Notes: generated from the sequence alone by a model not told the origin. Shown: positions 10,999 to 20,820, numbered from the stretch's first letter. The stretch: 55,817 bases of DNA from Promethearchaeota archaeon (GCA_048939765.1 JBHLPF010000025.1:1-55817); one strand, 5' to 3'. A program made the numbers and translations.

Positions 10999-11172
10999 AT
11001 GATCCTGAAGAATGAATGGCTGATTCCGTTGGGCGGCATCTGTCTAGCATTGGCACTTGTTATAGACCATTTTCTCCCGGAGACCGATATCCTGTCCTTC
11101 GTGATTGGCATACTGATTGGCCTGTCAATTACCCTGAATCTGGTTGGCCTGTACAGGTATAGAAATGGATAG
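10999..11172 (+). CDS. 57-aa two-TM small membrane protein (not in ORF track)
   Basis: MILKNEWLIPLGGICLALALVIDHFLPETDILSFVIGILIGLSITLNLVGLYRYRNG; aggag SD upstream. Confidence 0.7.
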   Translation: MILKNEWLIPLGGICLALALVIDHFLPETDILSFVIGILIGLSITLNLVGLYRYRNG

Positions 11173-11307
11173 CAGAAGAGTCCAAACACGTCATTTCGGT
11201 CAGTTGCATTTGACAATGCTTTTAAGGAAACTCTAGCCCGAAGCCGTGGCCACCAACAGTGAACACCATACACGGTGGACCCATCATCAACAAAGAGGAA
11301 AATCACC

Positions 11308-11751
11308 TTGCCACGAGGAAAGAGCCCCCTGGGCGAGTTCGCAGCGAGACCCCTTGTAAGGAAACGGAAGAGGTTCCGCTGGAAGAAAGCGTCCTACAAG
11401 AGGAGAGTACTAAAGCTCAGGCGAAAGACTGACCCACTAGAGGGCGCTCCACAGGCCGCGGGTATAGTTTTGGAGAAGGTGGGCATAGAGTCAAAGCAGC
11501 CCAACTCTGCTATCAGAAAAGCTGTACGAATCCAGCTCTCAAAGAATGGTAAGCAGATCACAGCATTCATTCCTGGTGATGGGGGTCTCAAGTACATCGA
11601 TGAACACGACCAAGTGCTTGTTGAAGGAATCGGTGGTGCGATGGGTGGCGCAATGGGAGATCTTCCAGGTGTTAGATGGAAGGTCGTAAAAGTCAACGGT
11701 GTGGCCCTAGAGAGCCTCATCTACGGCAAGAAAGAGAAACCAATTCGTTAG
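11308..11751 (+). CDS. rps12: 30S ribosomal protein S12 (uS12)
   Basis: [26 protein letters not shown]; probable TTG start at 11308. Confidence 0.98.
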   Translation: MPRGKSPLGEFAARPLVRKRKRFRWKKASYKRRVLKLRRKTDPLEGAPQAAGIVLEKVGIESKQPNSAIRKAVRIQLSKNGKQITAFIPGDGGLKYIDEHDQVLVEGIGGAMGGAMGDLPGVRWKVVKVNGVALESLIYGKKEKPIR

Positions 11752-12423
11752 GTGGTCATGATGGCTGAAGAAGAGAAGACTGAGGTTGTTGAGGAGGAAG
11801 CCCCACCAGAGCCAGAGCCACATGCCGCACCAGATCTACTGCTTTTCGGAAAGTGGGACTCAACAGAAGTCGAGGTTAATGACATTGGTCTCGCACGGTA
11901 CATCTCCCTAAAGCCGGTACTAATTCCTCATACTGCAGGTAGACACGCTCACAAAAGATTCCACAAGAGTCACATTCCCATAGTGGAGCGTTTCGTCAAC
12001 AAGCTACTCAATGCTGGCAGAAGAAAGGACAAGAAGACCCGCACCGGTCGAAATGCCGGTAAGAAACTCAATGCTATTCATACCTTGAAACGTGTCTTTG
12101 AGATAATCGACTACCGAACAGGTCTAAATCCCATACAGGTCCTTGTGACCGCCATCGAGCACTCGGCTCCTTCTGAGGAAACCACTCGTATATCCTACGG
12201 TGGAATGGCATACCCACGGTCTGTCGATGTTGCTCCTCAGAGAAGAATCGACCTCGCTCTCAGGTATCTAGCTGTGGGTGCAACTCGTTCCGCTCACAAG
12301 AATGCCAAGTCCTTTGAAGAGTGTCTGGTTGATGAGCTCCTTCTAGCATACAAAGGCGATCCGGCCAGTTTTGCGGTAGCCAGAAAGGAAGAGCGCGAGA
12401 GAGTCGCACGCTCAGCACGGTAG
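11752..12423 (+). CDS. rps7: 30S ribosomal protein S7 (uS7)
   Basis: LLFGKWD, NPIQVLVTAIE, VDVAPQRRIDLAL, RVARSAR; acidic N-terminal extension. Confidence 0.98.
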   Translation: MVMMAEEEKTEVVEEEAPPEPEPHAAPDLLLFGKWDSTEVEVNDIGLARYISLKPVLIPHTAGRHAHKRFHKSHIPIVERFVNKLLNAGRRKDKKTRTGRNAGKKLNAIHTLKRVFEIIDYRTGLNPIQVLVTAIEHSAPSEETTRISYGGMAYPRSVDVAPQRRIDLALRYLAVGATRSAHKNAKSFEECLVDELLLAYKGDPASFAVARKEERERVARSAR

Positions 12424-12537
12424 ACTCAGCGATGCATTTTCACTTATCATCTGCTAGTGACTACACTGTTCTCAATCAGAAAGTGATATAGTCAAGCTTC
12501 TGAAGCTCCAAAAACAGTTGACATAGAGGAATCGAAG

Positions 12538-13437
12538 ATGTCCAAACAAACCTATGCATGGTTAGCAGTACTCACCATAACCGTGCTATGGGCATCATCT
12601 CTGATTCTGGCAAAGATTGTGTTTGTGGAACTGGCACCCATCACCTTCGTGGCACTTCGATACACATTGGCCTGTCCTATTCTCATCCCTGTGGTACTCT
12701 TCACGAAGCGGCGACAAGCGTCATCAAACAATACACGTGAGTATTGGAAGCTCATCATGGTCGCTGGACTAGCTGGTCCATTCCTGTCTCAGGTGATGCA
12801 GTACATAGCCCTCAATATGACTACAGCAAGTGATGCTGTATTGCTGCTCAATTTCACTCCAGTTTTTGCTGTAGTCATAGCAGCAGCGCTAATAGACGAA
12901 CGAATAACGGTTGCCAAACTCCTTGGGTTATTCATGGCGACATTTGGTGCAGTCATGATAGTGTTCAACCCGGCTCCTGTGGACCCCATTATTAGTCCCA
13001 CCCGCTTGATAGGTGATGTCATACTTGTTGCCTCCACATTCTTCTTTGCAATCAATGGAATCATTGGAAAGGTTGCAGTGAAATCTGTGGACTCTGTGAG
13101 TGTCACATTCTATAGCACACTCGCCGCAGTTCCGTTTCTTTGGTTGTCTGTAGCGATATTTGAGGACCTCCAGGTACTACTAACACTCAGTTCTCAGGCG
13201 TGGTTGATTGTCCTGTGGGTTGGAGTTGTGAATACGGCATTTGCTTTCATACTCTACTACGAGTCTATGAAGTATATCGAGGCTTCCAAGGTCCAAATCG
13301 CTCTGAACTTGATTGGTGTCTGGGGAGTATTGATGTCTATTCCGGTCCTGGGCGAAACCATCTCATTGCTTCAGGTTCTGGGAGGGGCTGTGACTATCAT
13401 TGGTGTCATAATGGTGCAAAGGGATCAAATCCAGTGA
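12538..13437 (+). CDS. DMT/EamA family transporter
   Basis: About 10 TM helices in two EamA repeats. Confidence 0.9.
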   Translation: MSKQTYAWLAVLTITVLWASSLILAKIVFVELAPITFVALRYTLACPILIPVVLFTKRRQASSNNTREYWKLIMVAGLAGPFLSQVMQYIALNMTTASDAVLLLNFTPVFAVVIAAALIDERITVAKLLGLFMATFGAVMIVFNPAPVDPIISPTRLIGDVILVASTFFFAINGIIGKVAVKSVDSVSVTFYSTLAAVPFLWLSVAIFEDLQVLLTLSSQAWLIVLWVGVVNTAFAFILYYESMKYIEASKVQIALNLIGVWGVLMSIPVLGETISLLQVLGGAVTIIGVIMVQRDQIQ

Positions 13438-13472
13438 CCAGTGGCACAGGCTAACGAGCACATCTATCTGGT

Positions 13473-13817
13473 TCATCTGTTGAGTAGGGCAAGTCCAGTC
13501 GCCCTTACCTCAGAAATATCGTTGAACATACCTATGGGGCTCTTTCTTGTGTCTTTTCCCTTTTCAAACGGAATAGACATCTTCACTCGTGCCCCGAACA
13601 TCCTGGCATAAACCACATCAATAAGGTAGACCTCGGCAAAGATAATGATGATTCCCAGTCCTGGATAATACAATACAGGGATTATCAGGATTCCTGCAGT
13701 GATTAGCCCCAATACCACCTCAAAGTACCTGCGCGACGCACCAAGTGCGGCAGTGGTTAATGATGGTTGTGTCCGAGACACTGGCTTTGGTCCAATCAAA
13801 TCATATTTTGACATCAT
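13473..13817 (-). CDS. Small membrane protein, paralog B
   Basis: Shares LGASR..FE...GLI..G.L.IPVLYYPGL....IFAEVYLID..Y.R..G with 13826-14173; GAGGTGA SD. Confidence 0.8.
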   Translation of the reverse strand: MMSKYDLIGPKPVSRTQPSLTTAALGASRRYFEVVLGLITAGILIIPVLYYPGLGIIIIFAEVYLIDVVYARMFGARVKMSIPFEKGKDTRKSPIGMFNDISEVRATGLALLNR

Positions 13818-13825
13818 ACATCACC

Positions 13826-14173
13826 TCACATTGTGAGCAATCCTGGTGGCCTAGTCCTGGAAACGTATCTGCAATCACATGCCGTTCTCTTCCTTGTACC
13901 TGTTTTCTCTCTAAGTGAGAGTGACATTTCCATTCGAGAACCGTATACCCTCGAGTATATTGCATCGATAAGATAGACTTCAGCAAAGATCACAACGAAG
14001 AACAATCCAGGATAATACAACACAGGGATCATCAGGACTCCCATTGCAATCAAACCCATCAGTGCTTCAAAGAGCCCCCGCGATGCGCCAAGCATGGACG
14101 TAAGCAGTGACGTTGATGCGGTAGGCACTTGCAGCGGTCCGGTCAAGTCGAGTTTTGATACCATAAACATCAC
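13826..14173 (-). CDS. Small membrane protein, paralog A
   Basis: Tandem paralog of 13473-13817. Confidence 0.8.
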   Translation of the reverse strand: MMFMVSKLDLTGPLQVPTASTSLLTSMLGASRGLFEALMGLIAMGVLMIPVLYYPGLFFVVIFAEVYLIDAIYSRVYGSRMEMSLSLREKTGTRKRTACDCRYVSRTRPPGLLTM

Positions 14174-14176
14174 ATT

Positions 14177-14219
14177 GTATTACGTATTACAAATACACAA
14201 TATAAGTATTACGATTACA
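14177..14219. promoter_or_regulatory. Direct-repeat operator flanking a TATA-like element
   Basis: gtattacgtattaca (14177-14191) and gtattacgattaca (14206-14219) lie on either side of atataa (TTATAT on the - strand). Confidence 0.55.
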
Positions 14220-14284
14220 TGATATATCTGACAGAATAATCCGCGAGTCCAGCCGATGTAGTTATCAATTCTACATACATCGAT

Positions 14285-14677
14285 TTGGTGAGTAGAATGA
14301 AGATAACGAAAGTGATCAAGGTTCATGAAACTGAGATAACGAAGACCCTGACTGCAAAGAAAGGCGAGTCACTTGATGGTATGGAGAAGGGAACAAAGTG
14401 GGAGGGATGGCTCTGGTGCCGAAATAAGGCTGACGTTGACGGATGGGTGCCGAAGTCCTATCTAGAATCCCTATCCGAACCAGGGAAATATCAGTTACTC
14501 CAAGACTATACCTCTAGGGAGTTGAAAGCACAACCGGGGGATGAAGTGATGGTGCTCATTGAGGAGAGCGGCTGGGCATGGGCACGAACCCCGTTTGGAG
14601 ACGAAGGTTGGATTCCACTTGAAAATCTGGACGATGTAAAGACTCAGCCAGAATCAGTCCCAGACCTGATGAAGTGA
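14285..14677 (+). CDS. Tandem SH3-domain protein
   Basis: GWLWC...GWVPKSYL and LLQDYTSRELKAQPGDEV...GWAW...GWIP. Confidence 0.85.
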   Translation: MVSRMKITKVIKVHETEITKTLTAKKGESLDGMEKGTKWEGWLWCRNKADVDGWVPKSYLESLSEPGKYQLLQDYTSRELKAQPGDEVMVLIEESGWAWARTPFGDEGWIPLENLDDVKTQPESVPDLMK

Positions 14678-14686
14678 GACGATTAT

Positions 14687-15100
14687 ATGGTGAAAAAGGA
14701 AGTTCCTAGATGCAGACTGGACTCATCCGTACTTTGCGATGATACATGTGTCTACAAGAGAGTTCTAGCTGTTATTGGAAAGAAACACACGCTTGACATA
14801 CTCAGAATTCTGGGCTATAACCTGACCGTCAGATTCAATGCTCTGCAAAATGAGATTAGGGGCAGTCCAAAAACCCTTACAGACCGCCTCAACGAACTTT
14901 GTTCTCTGGGAATAATCAAGCGAGAAGCGTTTGCTGAAATTCCACCGCGTGTGGAATACTCATTGACAGAAAAGGGTCTGGGGCTCACTCCTGTTATGGA
15001 TGCACTGAGATCTTGGTCATTGAAATGGGCTCCTCTAGGCAAAGAGGCAAACCGATTACGCCGAACAGGCAGCTTAAGAGATAATCATCTAATCACTTAG
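14687..15100 (+). CDS. HxlR-family winged-helix regulator
   Basis: SPKTLTDRLNEL, FAEIPPRVEYSLTEKG. Confidence 0.92.
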   Translation: MVKKEVPRCRLDSSVLCDDTCVYKRVLAVIGKKHTLDILRILGYNLTVRFNALQNEIRGSPKTLTDRLNELCSLGIIKREAFAEIPPRVEYSLTEKGLGLTPVMDALRSWSLKWAPLGKEANRLRRTGSLRDNHLIT

Positions 15101-15119
15101 GTTCGCCGAGATGAGTTAG

Positions 15120-16175
15120 ATGTTTCAGGAAGAGCGTGATTTTGAATACAAGACACTTGAGGACATGTTAATCGCTTCTGTTAGAGCCCCTCTTTTCAAA
15201 CGAGATCAACTGAGGGAGAGGTTCAATCATCTCAAGGAGGTCTGTGGTTCAAAGATATCCGGTCCTGCAATGATCGTCTATCACTGGGACACAGATGTGA
15301 AAAAGGGCCTAGATGTAGAGGCTGCATATCCTGTTTCCCAGAATGTAGAATTCGAGGGGGTGTCTTCAAGAGTTCTAAAGGGATTTGATGCATTCACTAC
15401 AATTCACAAGGGTCCGTATAAACAGCTATCTCTTGTGTTCAAAGAGTTACACGAGTTTCGTGCTTCCAGAGGGCTAGCGGCTGAGCTTAATCCCCGTGAG
15501 GTGTACTTGACCGGTCCATTTGAGAAAAATCCTGAAGACAATGTGACCGAACTCCAGACAACCATTCATCCGTGGGAGCATCGATTCAAATCCCGTGTCA
15601 AGGAGGTCTTGGGTGAGAAAAGAGGGGCTAGAATCCTACAGGGTGCTGAAGGAATCACCCCTTTCAGCCATGCATCACAGAGAAGTGATTGGGTCATAAC
15701 AGCAATAGAGCATCTTGATAGGTTAGCTGATGAAAATCAGAAGTGTGCAATTATCTCAAAATGTGCCCACGATAGACCCCTCGAAAACATACATCGGTTC
15801 AAAGAGATATTCAAAGAATCACAGGACATCGATAAGGTCCTAGGGGCGTACGGAGAAGATCTGCCTTGGCTTGAGAGGCCTTATCGCGAGGGCAAAATCC
15901 TGTATACCAGCAAGCCACCTGCTAATCAGGATGCATACAACAAGGCCAAGACACAGGAGGAGCTGATCAAGGCTGCCTGCTTCTGCCCAATCGTACATGC
16001 TGCTCTTGAAAAGATGCCACGTACTTTCTGTTATTGCGGAGCTGGCTGGGCCGAGCAATTATGGAGTGAGGTTGTCGGTCAGTCTGTGAGAGTAGACATT
16101 GTTGAAACTGTGGTTGACGGCGGAAAAATGTGCAAATTTGCGGTCCATCTCCCTGAATCCGCAGTCAAGATGTAG
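15120..16175 (+). CDS. GyrI-like ligand-binding domain fused to a Cys-rich C-terminal domain
   Basis: HKGPY and REVYL..P...TELQ (GyrI-like); CFCP, FCYCGAGW, CKF. Confidence 0.75.
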   Translation: MFQEERDFEYKTLEDMLIASVRAPLFKRDQLRERFNHLKEVCGSKISGPAMIVYHWDTDVKKGLDVEAAYPVSQNVEFEGVSSRVLKGFDAFTTIHKGPYKQLSLVFKELHEFRASRGLAAELNPREVYLTGPFEKNPEDNVTELQTTIHPWEHRFKSRVKEVLGEKRGARILQGAEGITPFSHASQRSDWVITAIEHLDRLADENQKCAIISKCAHDRPLENIHRFKEIFKESQDIDKVLGAYGEDLPWLERPYREGKILYTSKPPANQDAYNKAKTQEELIKAACFCPIVHAALEKMPRTFCYCGAGWAEQLWSEVVGQSVRVDIVETVVDGGKMCKFAVHLPESAVKM

Positions 16176-16524
16176 ACTGTTCATCATCAACCATACTCTG
16201 GTGTTCTCTCTCAAGGATGGGAATCACGTAGGTATGTAGGCTCCCCGTCACTGGATCATGAGTGACCCTCTTCAGAACACTGTCCAGTCTTCTTTCCACA
16301 GAATCTGTATCAAAGGACCTTGTCAGCAGCACAAGATGAGCTCCTTCGTCCATCATGAAGAGAATCGTCATCATAACAGTGTGTGAAAGGTCAAGACTCT
16401 TGATACCAGCAAGAATCTCATCAGCCAAGTCCGTTGCTGCCTTACGAATCATATCGTTCCCTGGAACACTCCTTCTATCATGAATGATGTATCCCTTTGC
16501 CTCAAAATCAAGCTCTAGCCCCAT
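16165..16524 (-). CDS. Hypothetical protein
   Basis: 119-aa ORF filling the gap, protein-like composition. Confidence 0.6.
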   Translation of the reverse strand: MGLELDFEAKGYIIHDRRSVPGNDMIRKAATDLADEILAGIKSLDLSHTVMMTILFMMDEGAHLVLLTRSFDTDSVERRLDSVLKRVTHDPVTGSLHTYVIPILEREHQSMVDDEQSTS

Positions 16525-16603
16525 GTGACTCTGTGTGTATGAAGTGCATATAAGCTCCGAAGCTTCGAAACCATTAAGTTGTAGTATCAGGGTCGATTAC
16601 AAA

Positions 16604-17140
16604 ATGACCGATACAGTCTTGATAGGTTATGGAACCCGATATGGTTCCACAGCTGAAACTGCAGAAGAAATGGCCAAGGCTGTTCAAGAAGCTGGAGTCG
16701 AGGTTGACGTTGTTGATTTAAAGAAGAGCGTTCCTCCTCAGCCCCTCCAAGATTACGATCTGGTCATCATTGGAAGTGGAATCCAAGCCGGAAGGTGGGC
16801 AAAGGAACCACTGAAGTTCATAGAGAAGAATCTAGATGCCTTGGCAAAGAACAGAGTTGCAATCTTCGTGGTATGTGGTTATGCAGCCAATCCAGCCAAA
16901 TGTGAATTTGCACAGATTGAGTTTCTCAATAAAATTGTGGAAGAATATCCTTCACTCGCGCCTGTATCCACCGGTCTTTTTCCTGGGGTATTTGATTTCA
17001 GCAAGTACAATTTCCTGATGAGATCCCTCGTCAAACGCATGTTGAAGAGCGAAATGGAATCAGGTGAAGAAGTTCCTGACAAGATTGACCTTCGTGACAA
17101 TGAACGGGTGCGAGAATGGATTACAGGATTAGTTCAGTGA
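16604..17140 (+). CDS. Flavodoxin-domain protein (HemG-like)
   Basis: YGTRYGSTAETA FMN loop; YDLVIIGSGI. Confidence 0.88.
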   Translation: MTDTVLIGYGTRYGSTAETAEEMAKAVQEAGVEVDVVDLKKSVPPQPLQDYDLVIIGSGIQAGRWAKEPLKFIEKNLDALAKNRVAIFVVCGYAANPAKCEFAQIEFLNKIVEEYPSLAPVSTGLFPGVFDFSKYNFLMRSLVKRMLKSEMESGEEVPDKIDLRDNERVREWITGLVQ

Positions 17141-17267
17141 TGAATGTCAGGCAGAAATACATTGCCGCATCTATCTCTAGATTCAGTATCGGCTCTTTTC
17201 GAAAGCATTAAACTAATCCGCATGAATAGGGCAGGATAGTTTCACACTAGCAAGAGGTTCAAAAGAG

Positions 17268-17789
17268 ATGCCCGAACGGAAGCGCGCACTCCTTGCGGTG
17301 CTCGTTGTCTTCCTGCTAGCTGTGGTGGCAGTCGGTGTCTACGTCAACTCCAACTTTGATGGCGAACAACAAACAGAACCGACCACAACAACTACCACGA
17401 CAACGACAACTCCGCCCTGTACCACTGGTTGACCACCTCCGCTGTTCATGGCGATACGTCCCAACCCCTAGGAACCCGATGAAAAAGCGAATTTGGCAGA
17501 AGGCATTGACTTGAGGAATCTTGGATGAATTCACAATGATGCTGGTCCGTAAAGCAATGCAGTACCAGCTGAGATGGGAGGAGCTCTCCCGAATTCGAAG
17601 AGGTTCCTTAATGGGACTCTGGTGGATACTATTCTGCTTCAGAAGTATTGAGCCTGTTTTCCCAACTCCAGATCCTTGCATGGATGCTTGATGGGATCAA
17701 TGTCCAATATTCCCGAATTCCACTTCGTAGCAAGGGATGCCTCTTTTGGTAGTACATTTTTAACGAAGTGGCCATTGTATTGGGCTTGA
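17268..17789 (+). pseudogene. Probable decayed membrane-anchored surface protein
   Basis: 54-aa ORF (17268-17432) with a TM anchor and T10-PP linker, then a stop; downstream sequence is protein-like but broken by stops. Confidence 0.45.
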
Positions 17790-17803
17790 ACAGCTAACCT
17801 ACT

Positions 17804-18643
17804 GTGGGGAGATTGAATTTGTCAGGCAAACGAGCAAGTAATACTAATCGTGATTTGGACGAAGAAGTAGCAAGATTGGAGTTCCAGGCTGTTGCTTTTA
17901 GGAGAATAATTGAAAATGAAATCAACGCACTAGATCTAGAGCAGGGGATGAATGTTCTTGATGCTGGTTGTGGAACTGGTGTCGTCAGTCGAACATTGGC
18001 TAGAATAGTTAGTCCTGGGATAGTAACAGCGATAGATATCAACAATTCAATCATCGATAGGGCACGAGAATTCGCGATTGAAGAGGGAATTGACAACATT
18101 CGATTTGAGTTCGGTGATGTCAGAAATATAGGCTTTTCAGATGCCTCATTTGATGCATCATATTGTAGATTCGTGCTTTTGGGGGTATCGAATCCCGTTA
18201 GTGCAGTTTCTGAGCTAAAACGGGTGACAAGGAGTGGTGGACGAGTCCTTATTTCTGATGTTGATGACGATTTTATGCTGATATACCCCCCAATACCTAC
18301 AATAATGAAGATCTGGAGAAAGATGGTCAAGGCGGCAATGGATGAAGGCAGAGACCGACACATTGGACGGAAGCTGTTTTCAATTCTTTCTCAGGCAGGT
18401 CTGAACTCTATCGAAATCGTTCCAACGGTGCTTCACGCTACTCAAGATTCCCCCGAAGAACTGAGAATGCTGTCTTCTGTTCCAGTCCGATTCATGGAAA
18501 GAGCGAAAGGATCCTGGATGGAGAAAGGACTTGTGACACAACCCGAGTATGAAGCAGCAATGGCAGAATATAATGAATTTCTCAATCATCCTGGCGCTTT
18601 TCTGATGATGGGAACGCTCTTCGCAGTAGGAACGGTGCCCTAA
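17804..18643 (+). CDS. Class I SAM-dependent methyltransferase (UbiE-like)
   Basis: VLDAGCGTG, SFD, ELKRVTRSGG. Confidence 0.9.
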   Translation: MGRLNLSGKRASNTNRDLDEEVARLEFQAVAFRRIIENEINALDLEQGMNVLDAGCGTGVVSRTLARIVSPGIVTAIDINNSIIDRAREFAIEEGIDNIRFEFGDVRNIGFSDASFDASYCRFVLLGVSNPVSAVSELKRVTRSGGRVLISDVDDDFMLIYPPIPTIMKIWRKMVKAAMDEGRDRHIGRKLFSILSQAGLNSIEIVPTVLHATQDSPEELRMLSSVPVRFMERAKGSWMEKGLVTQPEYEAAMAEYNEFLNHPGAFLMMGTLFAVGTVP

Positions 18644-18756
18644 GGGCTTTTGAAAAGCCACCTTGTCGAAACCGTTAAAAGCATCCCCAAGCGTGACACG
18701 CTAGCAGCTTCCCCCTCTAGGGGACAGTCTAACATTCAATAAGGAGAATCATACCC

Positions 18757-20088
18757 TTGTCGAAAGAAAAGGAACATCTGAATCTCGTGGTCATTGGCCA
18801 TGTAGATCACGGTAAGTCTACAATGACCGGTAGACTACTGTACGAGACTGGTGCGGTCGATGAGCGGACGTTCCAGCAGCACAAGGAAGAAGCGGAAAAG
18901 CTGGGTCGTCCGAGCTGGGCTTGGGCTTTTGCCCTTGACCGCCTGAAAGAGGAGCGTGAGCGAGGTCTTACTATCGACATCGCTTTCTTCAAGTTTCTCA
19001 CTGACAAATATTACTACACCATTATCGATGCCCCTGGACACAAGGACTTCATCAAGAACATGATCACCGGTGCATCACAGGCTGATGTAGGCCTACTAGT
19101 CGTATCAGCCAAGCGTGGTGAGTTCGAGGCTGGCGTCGGTCCTGGTGGCCAGACGAAGGAACACGCTTATCTCGCAATGACACTTGGCGTACCTTCTCTC
19201 ATAGTTTGTGTGAACAAGATGGACGATGACACTGTCAAGTACAGTGAAGATAGGTACAACGAGGTCAAGGATGAGGTTGGAGGATTCCTGAAGAGCATTG
19301 GATTCAAGCTTGACAAAATCCCATTCATTCCTACCGCGGCTATAGGTGATGCTTGTAACCTGAAAGATCTCTCATCAAATCTCACACCCTGGTACAAGGG
19401 ACCATCCCTACTCGAGGCTCTTGATCAAGTTGAGCTTCCACCGAAGCCAGTCGATAAGCCATTGCGATTGCCAATCAATGATGTGTACTCAATCAAAGGT
19501 GTTGGCACTGTCCCAGTCGGTCGTGTCGAAACCGGTGTCATGAAGCCTGGCCAAAAAGTCACCTTCATGCCTCCAAACAAGACTGGTGAGATAAAGACTA
19601 TCGAGATGCATCATGAACAGCTCAAAGAGGCAATTCCTGGCGATAATGTCGGTTTCAACGTCCGAGGCATCGAGAGGAAGGACCTTGGTCGTGGAGATGT
19701 TGCTGGACCTACTGACAGTCCGCCAACAGTTGCAGATGACTACACTGGCCAGATTATGGTAATTCAGCACCCGACAGCCATCACTGTGGGATACACCCCA
19801 GTCATCCATGCACACACTGCACAGGTCGCATGCAGGTTCGATCAGATTCTTCAGAAACTCGATCAACGTAGCGGTCAGGTCCTTGAAGAGAACCCTGACT
19901 TCGTGAAAAAGGGCGAGTCGATGATTGCCAAGTTGGTCCCACTCAAACCGATGTGCATTGAAACCTACAAGGAATTCCCACAGCTAGGTAGGTTTGCAGT
20001 ACGTGACATGGGCATGACAGTCGCAGTAGGCGTCGTGACTAAGGTCACAAAGAAGAAAATGGAAAAGAAGGCTGCAAAGAAAGAGTAG
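18757..20088 (+). CDS. tuf: Elongation factor 1-alpha
   Basis: [28 protein letters not shown]. Confidence 0.99.
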   Translation: MSKEKEHLNLVVIGHVDHGKSTMTGRLLYETGAVDERTFQQHKEEAEKLGRPSWAWAFALDRLKEERERGLTIDIAFFKFLTDKYYYTIIDAPGHKDFIKNMITGASQADVGLLVVSAKRGEFEAGVGPGGQTKEHAYLAMTLGVPSLIVCVNKMDDDTVKYSEDRYNEVKDEVGGFLKSIGFKLDKIPFIPTAAIGDACNLKDLSSNLTPWYKGPSLLEALDQVELPPKPVDKPLRLPINDVYSIKGVGTVPVGRVETGVMKPGQKVTFMPPNKTGEIKTIEMHHEQLKEAIPGDNVGFNVRGIERKDLGRGDVAGPTDSPPTVADDYTGQIMVIQHPTAITVGYTPVIHAHTAQVACRFDQILQKLDQRSGQVLEENPDFVKKGESMIAKLVPLKPMCIETYKEFPQLGRFAVRDMGMTVAVGVVTKVTKKKMEKKAAKKE

Positions 20089-20113
20089 CTGATTGATTTA
20101 TCATTCCAAGAAC

Positions 20114-20151
20114 CGGGCCAATAGGCCCGTGTCTCTTTCTATTTTCATTTT
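20114..20151 (+). terminator. Hairpin plus T-rich tract after tuf
   Basis: CGGGCC-AATA-GGCCCG followed by tctctttctattttcatttt. Confidence 0.6.
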
Positions 20152-20202
20152 CCAGAGACGAAGAGTTTATCCCGTATCAGATATTTCTCTAGATGTATTG
20201 CC

Positions 20203-20628
20203 ATGCTCGACGATGATTCATACGATTATTACGGTGAACCACAGGAGCGACCCACAAGCCCTTCCCGCTGGATAGTATTCATCCTCCTATTGATCATTGG
20301 GTCCATTCTTGTATTTAGTTCCATTGTAAGCGCTCCTCCAGAAACATACCTGCTCTACATTGTGTTTCTAGTGCCCATGGTCTTGCTCTCACTATACTGC
20401 GCATATCGCTGGGCTCAGGGACGCCCAATAGCTCCTACAGATGTCGCAGATGATGATAGAATCCTCACACAGATGCGAGCACACGCGCTCCCAGCACAGA
20501 GAGTCGCGGACCTTGACATGTACAGGTGTCCTGGCTGCGAGATGTCGTTTGATCTCTCAAATGCTACTCCTGTGGGGGAGAACGTTGTTCTCTGTCCTAT
20601 CTGTGAAACCAGACTCTACATTGAGTAG
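20203..20628 (+). CDS. Two-TM membrane protein with C-terminal zinc ribbon
   Basis: Two hydrophobic helices; CPGC...CPIC. Confidence 0.75.
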   Translation: MLDDDSYDYYGEPQERPTSPSRWIVFILLLIIGSILVFSSIVSAPPETYLLYIVFLVPMVLLSLYCAYRWAQGRPIAPTDVADDDRILTQMRAHALPAQRVADLDMYRCPGCEMSFDLSNATPVGENVVLCPICETRLYIE

Positions 20629-20765
20629 AAACAGTCATATCAATCTAGTAAAACCATCCGCGGATTATTGATGAAGTTTCACACGAACATCGGGTGCAAT
20701 CCCGTCGAGCAATTATAGTCTGCCCAAACTTGTGATGCGGAATAGGTGTTATCTGCACCGTAGCT

Positions 20766-20820
20766 AGTCACAATTTGTGACTCCATTCTGTGACCCTCAA
20801 TTGTGGCTTCGCTATATATA
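20766..20820 (+). promoter_or_regulatory. Palindromic operator plus TATA box
   Basis: Perfect inverted repeat AGTCACAA-T-TTGTGACT (20766-20782), a degenerate second copy ending ttgtggct, then TATATATA about 33 nt before ATG 20853. Confidence 0.65.

Noticed and set aside
17418-17471. TGA after CTTG as a possible selenocysteine codon
   Set aside because: It is not a CxxU motif, read-through meets TAG 13 codons later, and no SECIS is seen; decay is the simpler explanation.
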